From positions 5,120,001 through 5,184,000 of the forward strand of contig OZ242311.1 in NCBI GenBank assembly GCA_965207885.1: a stretch of DNA of 64,000 nt, in the 5' to 3' direction. The first letter of the stretch is position 1. Each line of letters starts with the position of its first letter. The position numbers were made by a program, and so were the translations under genes. The stretch is from Candidatus Latescibacterota bacterium. GTDB taxonomy: Bacteria; Latescibacterota; UBA2968. Below are positions 1 through 10,553 of the stretch, one piece after another. Below the pieces are notes generated by a model. That model was given only the letters and a program-made list of their open reading frames with translations. It had not been told where the DNA came from and made no database searches.

Positions 1-2
1 CA

Positions 3-428
3 TTCTGGCTACAACTGGTGGGATCGGGATTGACCACCATGTGGGGCGTGCATTTGGGCGCAGTATTATCTCACGCGCGCTGGCCCGCGATCCCCTGTGT
101 GAACATCTGGACGCATCCACTCGTCAAAGACTTCAAAGTAGAAGGCGGTCATATTCGCGTACCCAATACACCCGGATTGGGTATTGAACTGGATTGGGAC
201 GTCATTGAACGCTACCGCGTTGATCCAGATTTTAAACTCGAAGAAAAGCGACAAATTCACACAATATGCTGGCCCGATGGACGACGAACGCATTATCCAG
301 ACGGAAGCTATCGCGAGGACTTTTTGGCGGGCAGACTAACGGGCTTTCTACCCGGCATTCGTCTGGAATTAAAACTGGATGACAAATCGGACGCATTTGA
401 ACGAGAATATCGGGAACTGTTTGGATAA
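3..428 (+). CDS. Mandelate racemase/muconate-lactonizing (enolase superfamily) protein, C-terminal part (5' truncated by window)
   Basis: Frame is open from the window start (FWLQLVGSGLTT...). Contains the enolase C-terminal motif GHIRVPNTPGLGIELD. Confidence 0.75.
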   Translation, partial: FWLQLVGSGLTTMWGVHLGAVLSHARWPAIPCVNIWTHPLVKDFKVEGGHIRVPNTPGLGIELDWDVIERYRVDPDFKLEEKRQIHTICWPDGRRTHYPDGSYREDFLAGRLTGFLPGIRLELKLDDKSDAFEREYRELFG

Positions 429-449
429 AGAAGGAGAAAGGAGACCATC

Positions 450-1262
450 ATGGCATTTAAACTTGGATATTGTGCATTGCGATGGAGAAACCCGGATTTG
501 GAACCTGCCCTTGAAGCCCTGAAAAAATCGGGCTGGGACGGCTGGGAATGTCGGTTACCGCTGGACTGGTTGGGACCAGCGAGTCGAATTCGAAAAATAT
601 GTGACAATGTGGAATTGCCCATGGCCGTGTACACAGCGCAGGGATCGCCCGAAATATCTGATTGGGAGCACCAGGAGCGCAACAAACGGCGAATCGATTT
701 TGCCGCCGAAATGGAAGTGGATTGCTTTATGTACATGAGCGGTCCCAAGCCCAAAGACCGGGACATCAACGGAGACGATATTAAACAGGCGGCTGAAGCA
801 GCGGACAACTGGGCTGATTACGCGGCGCAATACAATTTGGAATTGAGTTATCACATCCACACAAATCTGCTGGTAGATTCAAAAGAAGACTGGACACTGT
901 ACATGCAACACCTCGAAAAAGCAAAACTGTGTATCGATGTATCGCATGCACAACTCTGGGACTATGACGCCGCGCAATCGCTACGCGACTTTAAAGACCA
1001 GCTCAATTACGTACACTTGCAAGACTGGGCAGATGAGAACATCACGCGGGATGCAGAGGGACGATTCACGCCCCAATGGGTCTCTGTAGGCGTCGGCGAA
1101 GCCCTGGATTTTCCCGACCTGGCAAACGTACTTGAAGACACGGGATATGACCGGTGGGTAACAGCGTGTCCGGGCGCGCCGATTTACGCGGGCGAAGACG
1201 CGATAAATGAAGCGACCCGCAGTGCCAAAATGTATCAGTATTGTCGCGGTGCGGGATATTAA
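450..1262 (+). CDS. Sugar phosphate isomerase/epimerase (xylose isomerase-like TIM barrel)
   Basis: RBS GGAGA. Motifs YHIH, LCIDVSH, YVHLQD and VGVGEALDF are typical of the AP_endonuc_2/IolE-like fold. Confidence 0.75.
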   Translation: MAFKLGYCALRWRNPDLEPALEALKKSGWDGWECRLPLDWLGPASRIRKICDNVELPMAVYTAQGSPEISDWEHQERNKRRIDFAAEMEVDCFMYMSGPKPKDRDINGDDIKQAAEAADNWADYAAQYNLELSYHIHTNLLVDSKEDWTLYMQHLEKAKLCIDVSHAQLWDYDAAQSLRDFKDQLNYVHLQDWADENITRDAEGRFTPQWVSVGVGEALDFPDLANVLEDTGYDRWVTACPGAPIYAGEDAINEATRSAKMYQYCRGAGY

Positions 1263-1276
1263 ACAGGACAGTTACC

Positions 1277-2350
1277 ATGCCGCGCAATACACCTGACAAT
1301 CCCTTTTATCACCCCATCATCGATTGTGATATTCACAACGAATTGCCCGGTTTGGACGCTCTGATTCCATATCTGGAAGAACACTGGGTTGCGTACATCA
1401 ACGAATCGGCATTTGTGGGACCCAACGCGAATGATTATCCCGCGAGAGCGCCCACATCTGCGCGAAAAGGGACAAAGCCGAAAAATGGTCCGCCGGGATC
1501 TGATTTTGAATTGCTAAAAAAACAGGCACTGGACGCATGGGATGTCGAAATCGGGATCTTAACCTGTGCTTACCGCGTGCAAAGCGTACACAACGAAAAC
1601 CTGTCCGCATCGCTTGCAACTGCGATCAACCAGTGGCAAATCGACGCGTGGTTAAACAAAGACAACCGACTGCGCGCATCCCTCGTAGTGCCCAGCCAAA
1701 ACCCGGTACTCGCCGCACGCGAAATCGAGCGATTCGGCGACCATCCGGGCTTTGTTCAGGTCATCGTGCCGGTCAGATCATATCAACCTTATGGCAAGAG
1801 CTTGTACGACCCATTATTCGAAGCAGCCGTAAAACGCGATCTCGCGATCGGGATTCACTACGGCGGTGCATCAAGTCTGCCGCCCACGCCCGTTGGTTGG
1901 CCTTTGACCTACGCCGAAGAAATGGCCGACATGGCGCAAATATTTCAGTCTCAGGTCATGAGCCTGGTGGTAGAAGGCGCGTTTGATCGATTTCCAGAAT
2001 TGCGCGTGGCACTCATCGAAGGGGGCTGGACATGGATGCCCGCATTGATGTGGCGCATAGATAAGGAATGGAAAGGGCTGCGACGCGACATACCGTGGGT
2101 CAAACGCCCACCGTCGGAATATATCCGCGAACACATCCGGATGACACTACAGCCCATGGACGCCCCGCCAGAAGCCGAATATCTATTGCAAATTATGGAT
2201 CATCTGGAATCGGATGACATGTTGATGTTTTCCACAGACTATCCACATTGGCATTTTGACGCGCCAATAGACGCAATTCCCAGAGGCTTATCGGATACAC
2301 TACTGGGAAAAATTCTGTACAAAAATGCAAAGACATTTTATAGCTTTTAA
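1277..2350 (+). CDS. Amidohydrolase family protein (Amidohydro_2)
   Basis: IIDCDIH, IGIHYGG, FDRFPELRVALIEGG and MFSTDYPHW motifs. Start placed at the ATG after the AGGA RBS. Confidence 0.85.
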   Translation: MPRNTPDNPFYHPIIDCDIHNELPGLDALIPYLEEHWVAYINESAFVGPNANDYPARAPTSARKGTKPKNGPPGSDFELLKKQALDAWDVEIGILTCAYRVQSVHNENLSASLATAINQWQIDAWLNKDNRLRASLVVPSQNPVLAAREIERFGDHPGFVQVIVPVRSYQPYGKSLYDPLFEAAVKRDLAIGIHYGGASSLPPTPVGWPLTYAEEMADMAQIFQSQVMSLVVEGAFDRFPELRVALIEGGWTWMPALMWRIDKEWKGLRRDIPWVKRPPSEYIREHIRMTLQPMDAPPEAEYLLQIMDHLESDDMLMFSTDYPHWHFDAPIDAIPRGLSDTLLGKILYKNAKTFYSF

Positions 2351-2383
2351 GACCCACCACCGCCCACTGCAAGGAGCCTCCCC

Positions 2384-4702
2384 ATGAAAGCCTTCGTACT
2401 TTTGATCCTCACCTACCTGATCGCAGCACCGGCATGGACCAGCGAAGTAGATTCGCTCTATCACGCTGCTCTTTCGCGCATGAACGAGATTGAACCCAAA
2501 GAAAGCGTGGAAGAATTCAAGCAAGTTTTAAAGAAAAACGGCAAACACGCCCCTTCACTTGCACAACTGACCCGCCTCTACATTCGCCTGGATACGCCCG
2601 AGTTTCGACGCCGCGCAGTAGAAGCCAGCGAAAAAGCCATTCGGAATGAGCCGGAAAATTTGCAATATCAACTCTTGCACGGCGAGGCATTGTGGAACAG
2701 GGGATTTCAGCGCGAGGCCAAGGCGCACTATGAAAAAGTCATTAAAAAATTTCCCAACGCAGCCGTAGCAGCCTACGATGCTGGCCGTCATGTATTCGGC
2801 GAATACATGATCACGAGAGATCGGATCATTCAGCGGCGAGGTGCGATTCGGACCTTTGCCAAGAACGAATACGACCAGGCTGTGATGCTATTGGAAAAGA
2901 GCCTGGAGATCGATTCAGACTATCAGGACTCCTATTATCTATTGGGACTGGCGCATCTGGAACACAGAAGAATCCCCGGCATGCAACGGGTGATGCGGCG
3001 GATGATGCGGAAATTTCCTGGCGACATCAACGCACAATTGTTCATGGCCTATTCGCACCAGCTTCAAGGCAATCTTCCAGAAGCGAACAAATTATATGAA
3101 AAAGCCATTGCAGCCATGGATCCCGAACAGCGCAAAATGATGGAGTCCGTAGATATCATCGCATCAAAAGAAGACAGTGCGCGCATTTCCAAAGCCATGC
3201 AGATTGGCGACGATGGTGAGTGGAAGGATTCTGCGGCATTGAAGGAGTTCTGGAACAAGAACGATCCGCTATTTTTGACCAATCACAACGAGCGGCGGAT
3301 GGAGCACTACGGCCGTGTGGCGTATGCCAATCTGCGTTTTAGTGTGCCTGCCAGAAACATCGAAGGGTGGAAAACCATCCGCGGACAAACCTACATCAAA
3401 TACGGAAAATATCAGCGGCGAACAACGGGCGTATATCCCATGTTCAAGGAAACGTGGTACTACGACGGATACCACTTCGTCTTTCAAAGTGTGAATGGCG
3501 TTGACGGTTGGGGATTTGCAGGCGAAGTCGGACCGAGCAGCACAGTCGATGTGACGCAAGCAGCCAGAATGGGCTCGTTCGGGAGAAGCTCGAGGAGGTT
3601 GGGAAGTTCGAGTTCGAGGCCGAGAAGTTCGATACCGAGGAGTAAACGAATCCTGGACGAGTATTACGACATACAAAATCGAGCGGCATTTAAGAAAGTG
3701 GAAGCGCGCTTTGTCGATCCATTCCACAGTCGGAAATACACCCTGCCGTACCAGATCACCGCCTTCCGCGCAGGAAAAAATATGCGCATGGAAATCGCCT
3801 ATGCCATTCCCACGAACAAACTAAAAGCAAACGACGACCAGATGATCGTCATGGACGACGGGCTATTTATGTTCGATTACCGGTGGCGAGATATTTATCG
3901 CAAAGTGCGACCACTTGGACAGAAACGACCATCGGGGAAAAATGCACAGCAGTATCTGTTAAGCCAACGTCCCCTGGAACTTCCCCAGGGCATGTATAAT
4001 ATCGTGGTCGAAGTGGGAGACAGAATCAGCGGCTCCATCGGCACATTTCGCACAGAACGCCTTTTGACCGTATCTGAATCAAGTCTGGACATGAGTGACC
4101 TGTTACTCGCCCAGAAAATTGAAATGATCAATCCCTTTCCCGAAAAGCGAACCGACCTGCGCATTGCACCCAATCCGCTCCGCGCGTATCGCACCGGGCA
4201 ATCGGCCTATGTCTATCTGGAAATTTACAACCTGAAAAAAGACGAATTTGGGCGCACCCAATACCAGATTGTCTATAGCATCAGCGTACCTGAGAAAGGG
4301 GAAGTAGATCCCTCGATGTTCGGTGCCATAGACCTTACAGAGCTGGACGGATTGCTCATTGTGTCGCCGCCGGGGCAATCGGCCAAAGGACGCTCGGACA
4401 ATGAAAAACCCGCCAGTGGAAGTACAAAAACGCGCACAAGGCGAGCGAATTTGAGAGTCCGATACGTGCTGGCCGAACGCAATCAGAAGGCCGAATCCCT
4501 CGAAGAACTACGCCGAGCCGGACAGCAGAGCAGCACATCGGTCACTTCAGTATATGCCGGCGATAAATCCGACGACTTCACCTTCCTGGAAATCGACCTC
4601 TCTACGATGCCGCGTGGCATTTACAAACTCGAAGTCGCAATAACGGATTTGAAGGAGAAAAAACAAGTAAAGCGCAACGCTGTGTTCCGGGTTCGCGAAT
4701 AA
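2384..4702 (+). CDS. Secreted TPR + GWxTD-domain protein, paralog 1
   Basis: Signal peptide and TPR helices. FWNKNDP...NERRMEHYGRVAYAN..F...GWKTIRGQTYIKYG is the GWxTD-family signature. C-terminal beta-sandwich. Confidence 0.8.
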   Translation: MKAFVLLILTYLIAAPAWTSEVDSLYHAALSRMNEIEPKESVEEFKQVLKKNGKHAPSLAQLTRLYIRLDTPEFRRRAVEASEKAIRNEPENLQYQLLHGEALWNRGFQREAKAHYEKVIKKFPNAAVAAYDAGRHVFGEYMITRDRIIQRRGAIRTFAKNEYDQAVMLLEKSLEIDSDYQDSYYLLGLAHLEHRRIPGMQRVMRRMMRKFPGDINAQLFMAYSHQLQGNLPEANKLYEKAIAAMDPEQRKMMESVDIIASKEDSARISKAMQIGDDGEWKDSAALKEFWNKNDPLFLTNHNERRMEHYGRVAYANLRFSVPARNIEGWKTIRGQTYIKYGKYQRRTTGVYPMFKETWYYDGYHFVFQSVNGVDGWGFAGEVGPSSTVDVTQAARMGSFGRSSRRLGSSSSRPRSSIPRSKRILDEYYDIQNRAAFKKVEARFVDPFHSRKYTLPYQITAFRAGKNMRMEIAYAIPTNKLKANDDQMIVMDDGLFMFDYRWRDIYRKVRPLGQKRPSGKNAQQYLLSQRPLELPQGMYNIVVEVGDRISGSIGTFRTERLLTVSESSLDMSDLLLAQKIEMINPFPEKRTDLRIAPNPLRAYRTGQSAYVYLEIYNLKKDEFGRTQYQIVYSISVPEKGEVDPSMFGAIDLTELDGLLIVSPPGQSAKGRSDNEKPASGSTKTRTRRANLRVRYVLAERNQKAESLEELRRAGQQSSTSVTSVYAGDKSDDFTFLEIDLSTMPRGIYKLEVAITDLKEKKQVKRNAVFRVRE

Positions 4703-4731
4703 GCAAAAGAACCCTTCATATGGAGATCACT

Positions 4732-7164
4732 ATGAAAGTCCTCTCGCTTTTGACCCTCACCTGCCTGATCGCAGCACCGGCATGGACCAGCGAAGTAGAT
4801 TCACTCTACCACGCTGCCCTCGCGCGCATGAACGAGATTGAACCCAAAGAAAGCGTGGAAGAATTCAAGCAAGTGCTCAAGAAAGACAGCAAACACGCCC
4901 CTTCACTTGCACAACTGACCCGCCTCTACATTCGTCTCGATACGCCCGAGTTTCGACGCCGTGCAGTAGAAGCCAGCGAAAAAGCCATTCGGAATGAACC
5001 GGAGAACCTGCAATATCAACTCTTGCACGGCGAGGCATTGTGGAACAGAGGCTTTCAGCGCGAGGCCAAAGCTCATTACGAAAAAGTCATAGAAAAATTC
5101 CCCAATACAGCGGTTGCAGCCCACGATGCTGGCCGCCATATATTCGGCGAATACATGATCACGCGCGACCGGGTAATACCGCAGCGGCGAGCCATTCGGA
5201 CCTTTGCCAAGAACGAATACGACCAGGCCGTAATGCTATTGGAAAAAAGCCTGGAGGTCGATCCAGACTATCAGGACTCCTATTATCTATTGGGACTGGC
5301 GCATATAGAACACAGAAGAATCCCCGCCATGCAACGGGTGATGCGGCGGATGATGCGAAGATTCCCTGACGATATCAACGCGCAGTTGTTTTTTGCCTAT
5401 TCGCATCAGCTTCAGGGCAATCTCTTAGACGCGAACAAATTGTATGAAAAGGCCATTGCGGAAATGGGTCCCGAACAGCGCAAAATGATGGAATCTGTGG
5501 ATATCATCGCATCAAAAGAAGACAGTGCGCGCATTTCCAAAGCCATGCAAGTGGGCGACGATGGCGAGTGGAAGGATTCTGCGGCATTGAAGGAGTTCTG
5601 GAACAAGAACGATCCGCTATTTTTGACCAATCACAACGAGCGGCGGATGGAGCACTACGGCCGTGTGGCGTATGCCAATTTGCGCTTTAGCGTGCCCGCG
5701 CGGAACATCGAGGGTTGGAAGACCATTCGCGGACAAACCTATATCAAATACGGAAAATATCAACAACGGACAACGGGTGTATTTCCCATGTTCAAAGAAA
5801 CGTGGTACTACGGAGGATACAGGTTCACATTTCAAAGTGTGAATGGCGTTGACGGTTGGGGATTTGCAGGCGAAGTCGGACCGAGTAGCACGGTCGATAT
5901 CACAGGCACGGATCCCAACGCGCGAAGAACGCGCAATGTGGATTCACGGCAGGTAGCAGAAACACTCTTCAGAAGATCTACTAACACGCGATGGGCGAGC
6001 GACAAAATGCGCGAAGGGTATTTTGAAATACAAAATCGGGCGGCATTTAAGAAAAAAGAAGCGCGATTTGTCGATCCATTCCAGAACAGAAAATACTCCA
6101 TGCCACACCAGATCACCGCCTTCCGCTCAGGCTCGGGGAAAAATATGCGCGTGGAAATCGCCTATGCCATTCCCACGGGCAAATTAAAAGCAAACGACGA
6201 CCAGATGATCGTCATGGATGACGGTTTATTTATGTTCGATTATCGGTGGCAAGATATCTACCGCAATATCCGACCGCTTGGACAAAAGAAACCCAAAGGG
6301 GGCAATGCGCCGCAGTATTTGTTGAGCCAACGTCCCGTGGAACTTCCCCAGGGCATGTATAATATCGTGGTCGAAGTAGGAGACAGGATCAGCGGCACCA
6401 TCGGCACATTCCGCGCAGAACGCCTTTTTTCTGTATCCGAATCGCGCCTGGATATGAGCGATCTGTTGCTCGCCCAGAAAATTGAACTGGTCAATCCCCT
6501 TCCCGAAAAGCGAACCGACCTGCGCATTGCACCCAATCCGCTCCGCGCGTATCGCACCGGGCAATCGGCCTATGTCTATCTGGAAATTTACAACCTGAAA
6601 AAAGACGAATTTGGGCGCACCCAATATGAAATCACCTACACCATTAGCGTGCCCGAGCGAGAAGAAGTCAATCCCGCGATGTTTGGCGCCGTAGCTCTAA
6701 AAAAGGTGGGCGGATTGCTGATCGTGCCGACCGCTGAAGAATTGGCGCAAGCGGAAGAAGATACTCGCTCCAGCAGTGACATACTCGCCGAAGGCAGCGC
6801 GCTCGACGGCACAGATGGCACAGTTGCCGAAGGTGAAATGCCAGATCAGGAAGACCTGGTGGGCAATGCCATGGCCGGAGGTGAAGAAAATCTCAAACCC
6901 AAACCCGTAGATTTTGAAGTGCAGTACATGCCAGCCGAACGCAACCTGATGGCCGAATCCCTCGAAGAACTGCGCCGAGCCGGTCAGCAAAGCCGCACAT
7001 CGATCAGTTCGGTATATGCCGGCGATCAATCCGACGACTTCACCTTCCTGGAAATCGACCTGTCCAAAATGCCGCGCGGCGTCTATAAACTCGAAGTCGC
7101 GGTAACGGATTTGCAGGAAAAAAAACACGTCAAACGCAGAGCCATATTCCGCGTGCGCAACTAA
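4732..7164 (+). CDS. Secreted TPR + GWxTD-domain protein, paralog 2 (tandem duplicate of 2384..4702)
   Basis: Near-identical DNA and protein to paralog 1 outside two variable segments. RBS GGAG precedes ATG 4732. Confidence 0.8.
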   Translation: MKVLSLLTLTCLIAAPAWTSEVDSLYHAALARMNEIEPKESVEEFKQVLKKDSKHAPSLAQLTRLYIRLDTPEFRRRAVEASEKAIRNEPENLQYQLLHGEALWNRGFQREAKAHYEKVIEKFPNTAVAAHDAGRHIFGEYMITRDRVIPQRRAIRTFAKNEYDQAVMLLEKSLEVDPDYQDSYYLLGLAHIEHRRIPAMQRVMRRMMRRFPDDINAQLFFAYSHQLQGNLLDANKLYEKAIAEMGPEQRKMMESVDIIASKEDSARISKAMQVGDDGEWKDSAALKEFWNKNDPLFLTNHNERRMEHYGRVAYANLRFSVPARNIEGWKTIRGQTYIKYGKYQQRTTGVFPMFKETWYYGGYRFTFQSVNGVDGWGFAGEVGPSSTVDITGTDPNARRTRNVDSRQVAETLFRRSTNTRWASDKMREGYFEIQNRAAFKKKEARFVDPFQNRKYSMPHQITAFRSGSGKNMRVEIAYAIPTGKLKANDDQMIVMDDGLFMFDYRWQDIYRNIRPLGQKKPKGGNAPQYLLSQRPVELPQGMYNIVVEVGDRISGTIGTFRAERLFSVSESRLDMSDLLLAQKIELVNPLPEKRTDLRIAPNPLRAYRTGQSAYVYLEIYNLKKDEFGRTQYEITYTISVPEREEVNPAMFGAVALKKVGGLLIVPTAEELAQAEEDTRSSSDILAEGSALDGTDGTVAEGEMPDQEDLVGNAMAGGEENLKPKPVDFEVQYMPAERNLMAESLEELRRAGQQSRTSISSVYAGDQSDDFTFLEIDLSKMPRGVYKLEVAVTDLQEKKHVKRRAIFRVRN

Positions 7165-7172
7165 ACGATCAC

Positions 7173-8045
7173 ATGAATAACAACACGCTGGCAATAGCAG
7201 AACAAAACTTGTCTGCTGTCTCCTGTGACAATGTACTGCGCAATCTCGAGACATTCTCGTCACAGCGAGACGAAGACAATATCGTTCTGGACCTGTCGCA
7301 ATTGGGTTTTGTCGATCCCTATGGCATGGGGATGTTGTGTTTGATTGGTCGGCATCTGAGTGCCAAATACTGGGATATTATGTGCCGACTACCCGAAAAT
7401 TCAGACGTCGAGCGTTATTTGACCCGCATGAAAGTATTTGACGCACTGAAATCTTATGTAACAGTGGCGCGCGTACCACAAACGGGACAGTCGCGAACAC
7501 ACAACGAAAGTTTGTTGGAAATCACGACCATCGAGCAGCGAAGCGATATCGAGCAAGTTCTGAGCGTAATTGAAGCGCGGGTCGGCGCCATCTTGAGTGA
7601 AGAACTGCACTATACCGTGCGGGAAATTACGGGATTTAAAAATGTCGTAGCCGAATTGTGTCACAATATCCTGGACCACAGCGGAGATAAAGGGTTTGTA
7701 GTCGCACAGCGCTATACCAATCACAGATTGAACAGGAAATTTGCGATCATCGGCGTATGCGACCTGGGCATTGGCATTCGCGAGAGCCTGTCAACGGGAC
7801 ACGATACAGCGCACTGGTCGCACGGACAGGCAATAAAAATGGCGATACAAAAAACCGTCTCGCGGGGCAATACGCGGGGACTGGGTCTATACATTGTCAA
7901 ACAAATTTGCCAGGAAAACAGCGGGCGTTTACACATTCGCTCGGGGGATGAACGGGTGTACATTCGGGAAGACGAAATGTGGGTGTATCCATCTGCACTA
8001 TTCCCCGGCACACAGGTGAGTATCGCGCTATATGAGAAGGCTTAA
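7173..8045 (+). CDS. STAS-like domain + GHKL (HATPase_c) ATP-binding protein
   Basis: N-terminal IVLDLSQLGFVDPYG (STAS-like). GHKL boxes ELCHNILDHS, VCDLGIGI, RGLGL and GTQVSI. Confidence 0.75.
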   Translation: MNNNTLAIAEQNLSAVSCDNVLRNLETFSSQRDEDNIVLDLSQLGFVDPYGMGMLCLIGRHLSAKYWDIMCRLPENSDVERYLTRMKVFDALKSYVTVARVPQTGQSRTHNESLLEITTIEQRSDIEQVLSVIEARVGAILSEELHYTVREITGFKNVVAELCHNILDHSGDKGFVVAQRYTNHRLNRKFAIIGVCDLGIGIRESLSTGHDTAHWSHGQAIKMAIQKTVSRGNTRGLGLYIVKQICQENSGRLHIRSGDERVYIREDEMWVYPSALFPGTQVSIALYEKA

Positions 8046-8079
8046 TCGTGAATCTGTATCTTTTCAAAGGAGGGAAACT

Positions 8080-9018
8080 GTGAAACGCATACTATTTATA
8101 ACACTACTGGTCCACCTGATACTGGTGCCAGTACATGCCCAGCAATCGACATCGGAGTGGGGTCCCGAAGATGAACGGGGTGCCGCGAACCGGCTGACAC
8201 CTGCCAAAGTGATAGAAGCGACCAAATTGATCAAAACCGGCAAAATCTACCAATTGGGAAAAGTATATGAACACGGAATACCGCTATTTGGATCCCGGCA
8301 TTACAGTCTAACAATCGTGGGCAACCCAAGTGGTGGACCGCTCGGAGAAAACAAACTCGTGTGGTACGATGAAATGTTCAGTGGTGAAATCGGTCAAATC
8401 GGTACACAATTCGATGGATTGGGGCATATTGGCACGCGGGTGGGAAACGAGGATGTGTATTACAATGGCTTCAAAAGCTCAAACTTTAGCAAACCTTATG
8501 GCCTGGAAAAATTGGGTGTAGAAAAGGCAGGGTCATTTTTCACGCGCGGTGTACTGATAGACGTGGCGGGATACAAAGGTGTCGAGCGATTAGAAGTCGG
8601 ATACGTGATCACAGTAGCCGATACCGAGGAAGCGCTCAAAAAACAAAATGTATCCGTGGGAGAAGGCGATGTAGTGATCTTCCGCACGGGACACGGCACC
8701 CTGTGGATGAAAGACAACGAAACATTCAATAAAGGCCAGCCGGGTATTGGAATGGCTGTGGGCCAGTGGCTCGTAAATAAAAAAATTGTAATGGTCGCAG
8801 GCGATACATGGGGCCTGGAAGTCGTACCAGGCGAGGATGCCACACAGGCTTTTCCCGTACATCAACTGCTCATCGCCCAGAATGGAATTTACATATTAGA
8901 AAACCTGGACCTGGAAGAACTGGCAAAAGATCAGGTATATGAATTTGCATTTGTATTTTCGCCATTGCGTCTGAAAGGCGGAACGGGTTCTCCGGGAAAT
9001 CCAATAGCTGTAAAATAG
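8080..9018 (+). CDS. Secreted cyclase family (kynurenine formamidase-like) metal-dependent hydrolase
   Basis: WGPEDERGAAN, GTQFDGLGH, GDVVIFRTG, PVHQLL...GIYILENL and GGTGSPGNP motifs. Signal peptide. GTG start after AGGAGG. Confidence 0.85.
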   Translation: MKRILFITLLVHLILVPVHAQQSTSEWGPEDERGAANRLTPAKVIEATKLIKTGKIYQLGKVYEHGIPLFGSRHYSLTIVGNPSGGPLGENKLVWYDEMFSGEIGQIGTQFDGLGHIGTRVGNEDVYYNGFKSSNFSKPYGLEKLGVEKAGSFFTRGVLIDVAGYKGVERLEVGYVITVADTEEALKKQNVSVGEGDVVIFRTGHGTLWMKDNETFNKGQPGIGMAVGQWLVNKKIVMVAGDTWGLEVVPGEDATQAFPVHQLLIAQNGIYILENLDLEELAKDQVYEFAFVFSPLRLKGGTGSPGNPIAVK

Positions 9019-9027
9019 CACTCCAAT

Positions 9028-9065
9028 CCCCAGTCCTCCGTAAGATCGGTTGGACTGGGGTTTTT
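9028..9065 (+). terminator. Rho-independent terminator
   Basis: CCCCAGTCC...GGACTGGGG stem followed by TTTTT, just after the cyclase stop codon. Confidence 0.7.
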
Positions 9066-9079
9066 CGATAGGAGAAATC

Positions 9080-10543
9080 ATGGCAGAAACAAAAAAATTG
9101 GAATTTCCGGAACTGGCGGCAGCATTGCGCTCGCGGAAAATCGGCGACTTCTTAAAATTCTTCGGGCCAGGTGCAATCATCGCATCGGTAACCATCGGCA
9201 GTGGAGAAACCGTATGGGCATCGCGCAGCGGGGCGATCTTTGGCTATGCGATGTTCTGGGCATTCAGCCTGTTTTGCATCACAAAAGTCGTTCAGGTGTA
9301 CTCCGCAGCGCGATATATGACACTAACCGGCGAGCATCCCATGGAGCGCTGGGCGCAATTACCCGGACCGAGGGGATTATTCCCGGCCGTTGTAGGCGTA
9401 GTAATGGTCGTGAGCTTCCCATTTTATCTATCCAGCTTACCCATCATGCTCGGCACGATATCGTCCTGGATATTATTTGACGACCCGGCGCAGTATCCGC
9501 ATTTGATCGCCCTGATATTTATCGCATTTTTGATAGTATTAACTCTGAAACAGAGCTATGGCCTGTTGGAAAAAGCGCAAACCTCACTCGTGGGATTGAT
9601 GTTGCTCGTCATGTTAATCGCGACAGTAGCGGCAAACCCCGATTGGGTTGCCGCGCTAATGGGCGCAGTAGTACCCACATTCCCGGTATATCCAGAATGG
9701 GTATCGCGCAATCCGCTATTTACAGACCGAACATTGATTGTCGAAATGGTCGCGTATATGGGCGTAATCGGCGGCGGGGTACAGGACTATGTGGGATATG
9801 TGGGCATGCTGCGCGAAAAGGTGTGGGGAATGATTGGCAGACGCAGCAATGAGAAGGAAACAATCCTGGAAACTCAGGAAAATCTCGAATTGGGCAAAGC
9901 GTGGTTAAAAGCACCATTGGTCGATACACTCGTATCATTTGCCAGCGTATTATTATTCACAGCAGCCTTTTTGATACTGGGTGCCGCCCTATTGCATCCG
10001 CGAGAAATCGTACCATCCGGCATGGACCTCTACAATCACCAGGTCGTATTTTTAACCGCATTGCACGAAAGCGCAGGCGTCAAGACATTCCTCGCGGGAC
10101 TGTACAAACTCGGCGTATTCTTCGCAATTTTTGGCACCGTGTACGGCGCTTATGAATTATACGTCCGCACCGCGCATGAAAGCATACGCGCAATAACCCC
10201 CAAATGGCGCAACCTATCATTGAACGACGTGCGAAAATGGACACTGGGATACACCGCTATTGCGGGTGGCGCGCTGGTACTATACGCCTGGTGGACGGCC
10301 ACCCAGGACCCGAATGGCGTAGGCTGGAACCCAATTTCAATTATGACAATCCCCCTGCACATCACCGGGGTACTTCTCGCTGGACCCTGGTGCTTTGCGA
10401 TGATCTATATCGACCGCAAATACGTCCCACCCCCATTGCAAATGGGCTGGTTCCTCGTCGCACTCAATATAATATCGGGCCTCGCCTTTACCTATTTTGG
10501 TGGCCTTGCCGTATATGAGGATATATTGGGATTAATAAAATAG
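9080..10543 (+). CDS. Nramp-family (MntH-like/APC superfamily) membrane transporter
   Basis: GPGAIIASVTIGSGE...GAIFGY...RYMTLTGE N-terminal signature and about 11 hydrophobic segments. Confidence 0.75.
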   Translation: MAETKKLEFPELAAALRSRKIGDFLKFFGPGAIIASVTIGSGETVWASRSGAIFGYAMFWAFSLFCITKVVQVYSAARYMTLTGEHPMERWAQLPGPRGLFPAVVGVVMVVSFPFYLSSLPIMLGTISSWILFDDPAQYPHLIALIFIAFLIVLTLKQSYGLLEKAQTSLVGLMLLVMLIATVAANPDWVAALMGAVVPTFPVYPEWVSRNPLFTDRTLIVEMVAYMGVIGGGVQDYVGYVGMLREKVWGMIGRRSNEKETILETQENLELGKAWLKAPLVDTLVSFASVLLFTAAFLILGAALLHPREIVPSGMDLYNHQVVFLTALHESAGVKTFLAGLYKLGVFFAIFGTVYGAYELYVRTAHESIRAITPKWRNLSLNDVRKWTLGYTAIAGGALVLYAWWTATQDPNGVGWNPISIMTIPLHITGVLLAGPWCFAMIYIDRKYVPPPLQMGWFLVALNIISGLAFTYFGGLAVYEDILGLIK

Positions 10544-10553
10544 TGAGATAACA

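Noticed and set aside
2384-7164. Possible diversity-generating retroelement (template/variable repeat pair)
   Set aside because: Both copies are full genes, the differences are not adenine-specific, and there is no reverse transcriptase in the window.
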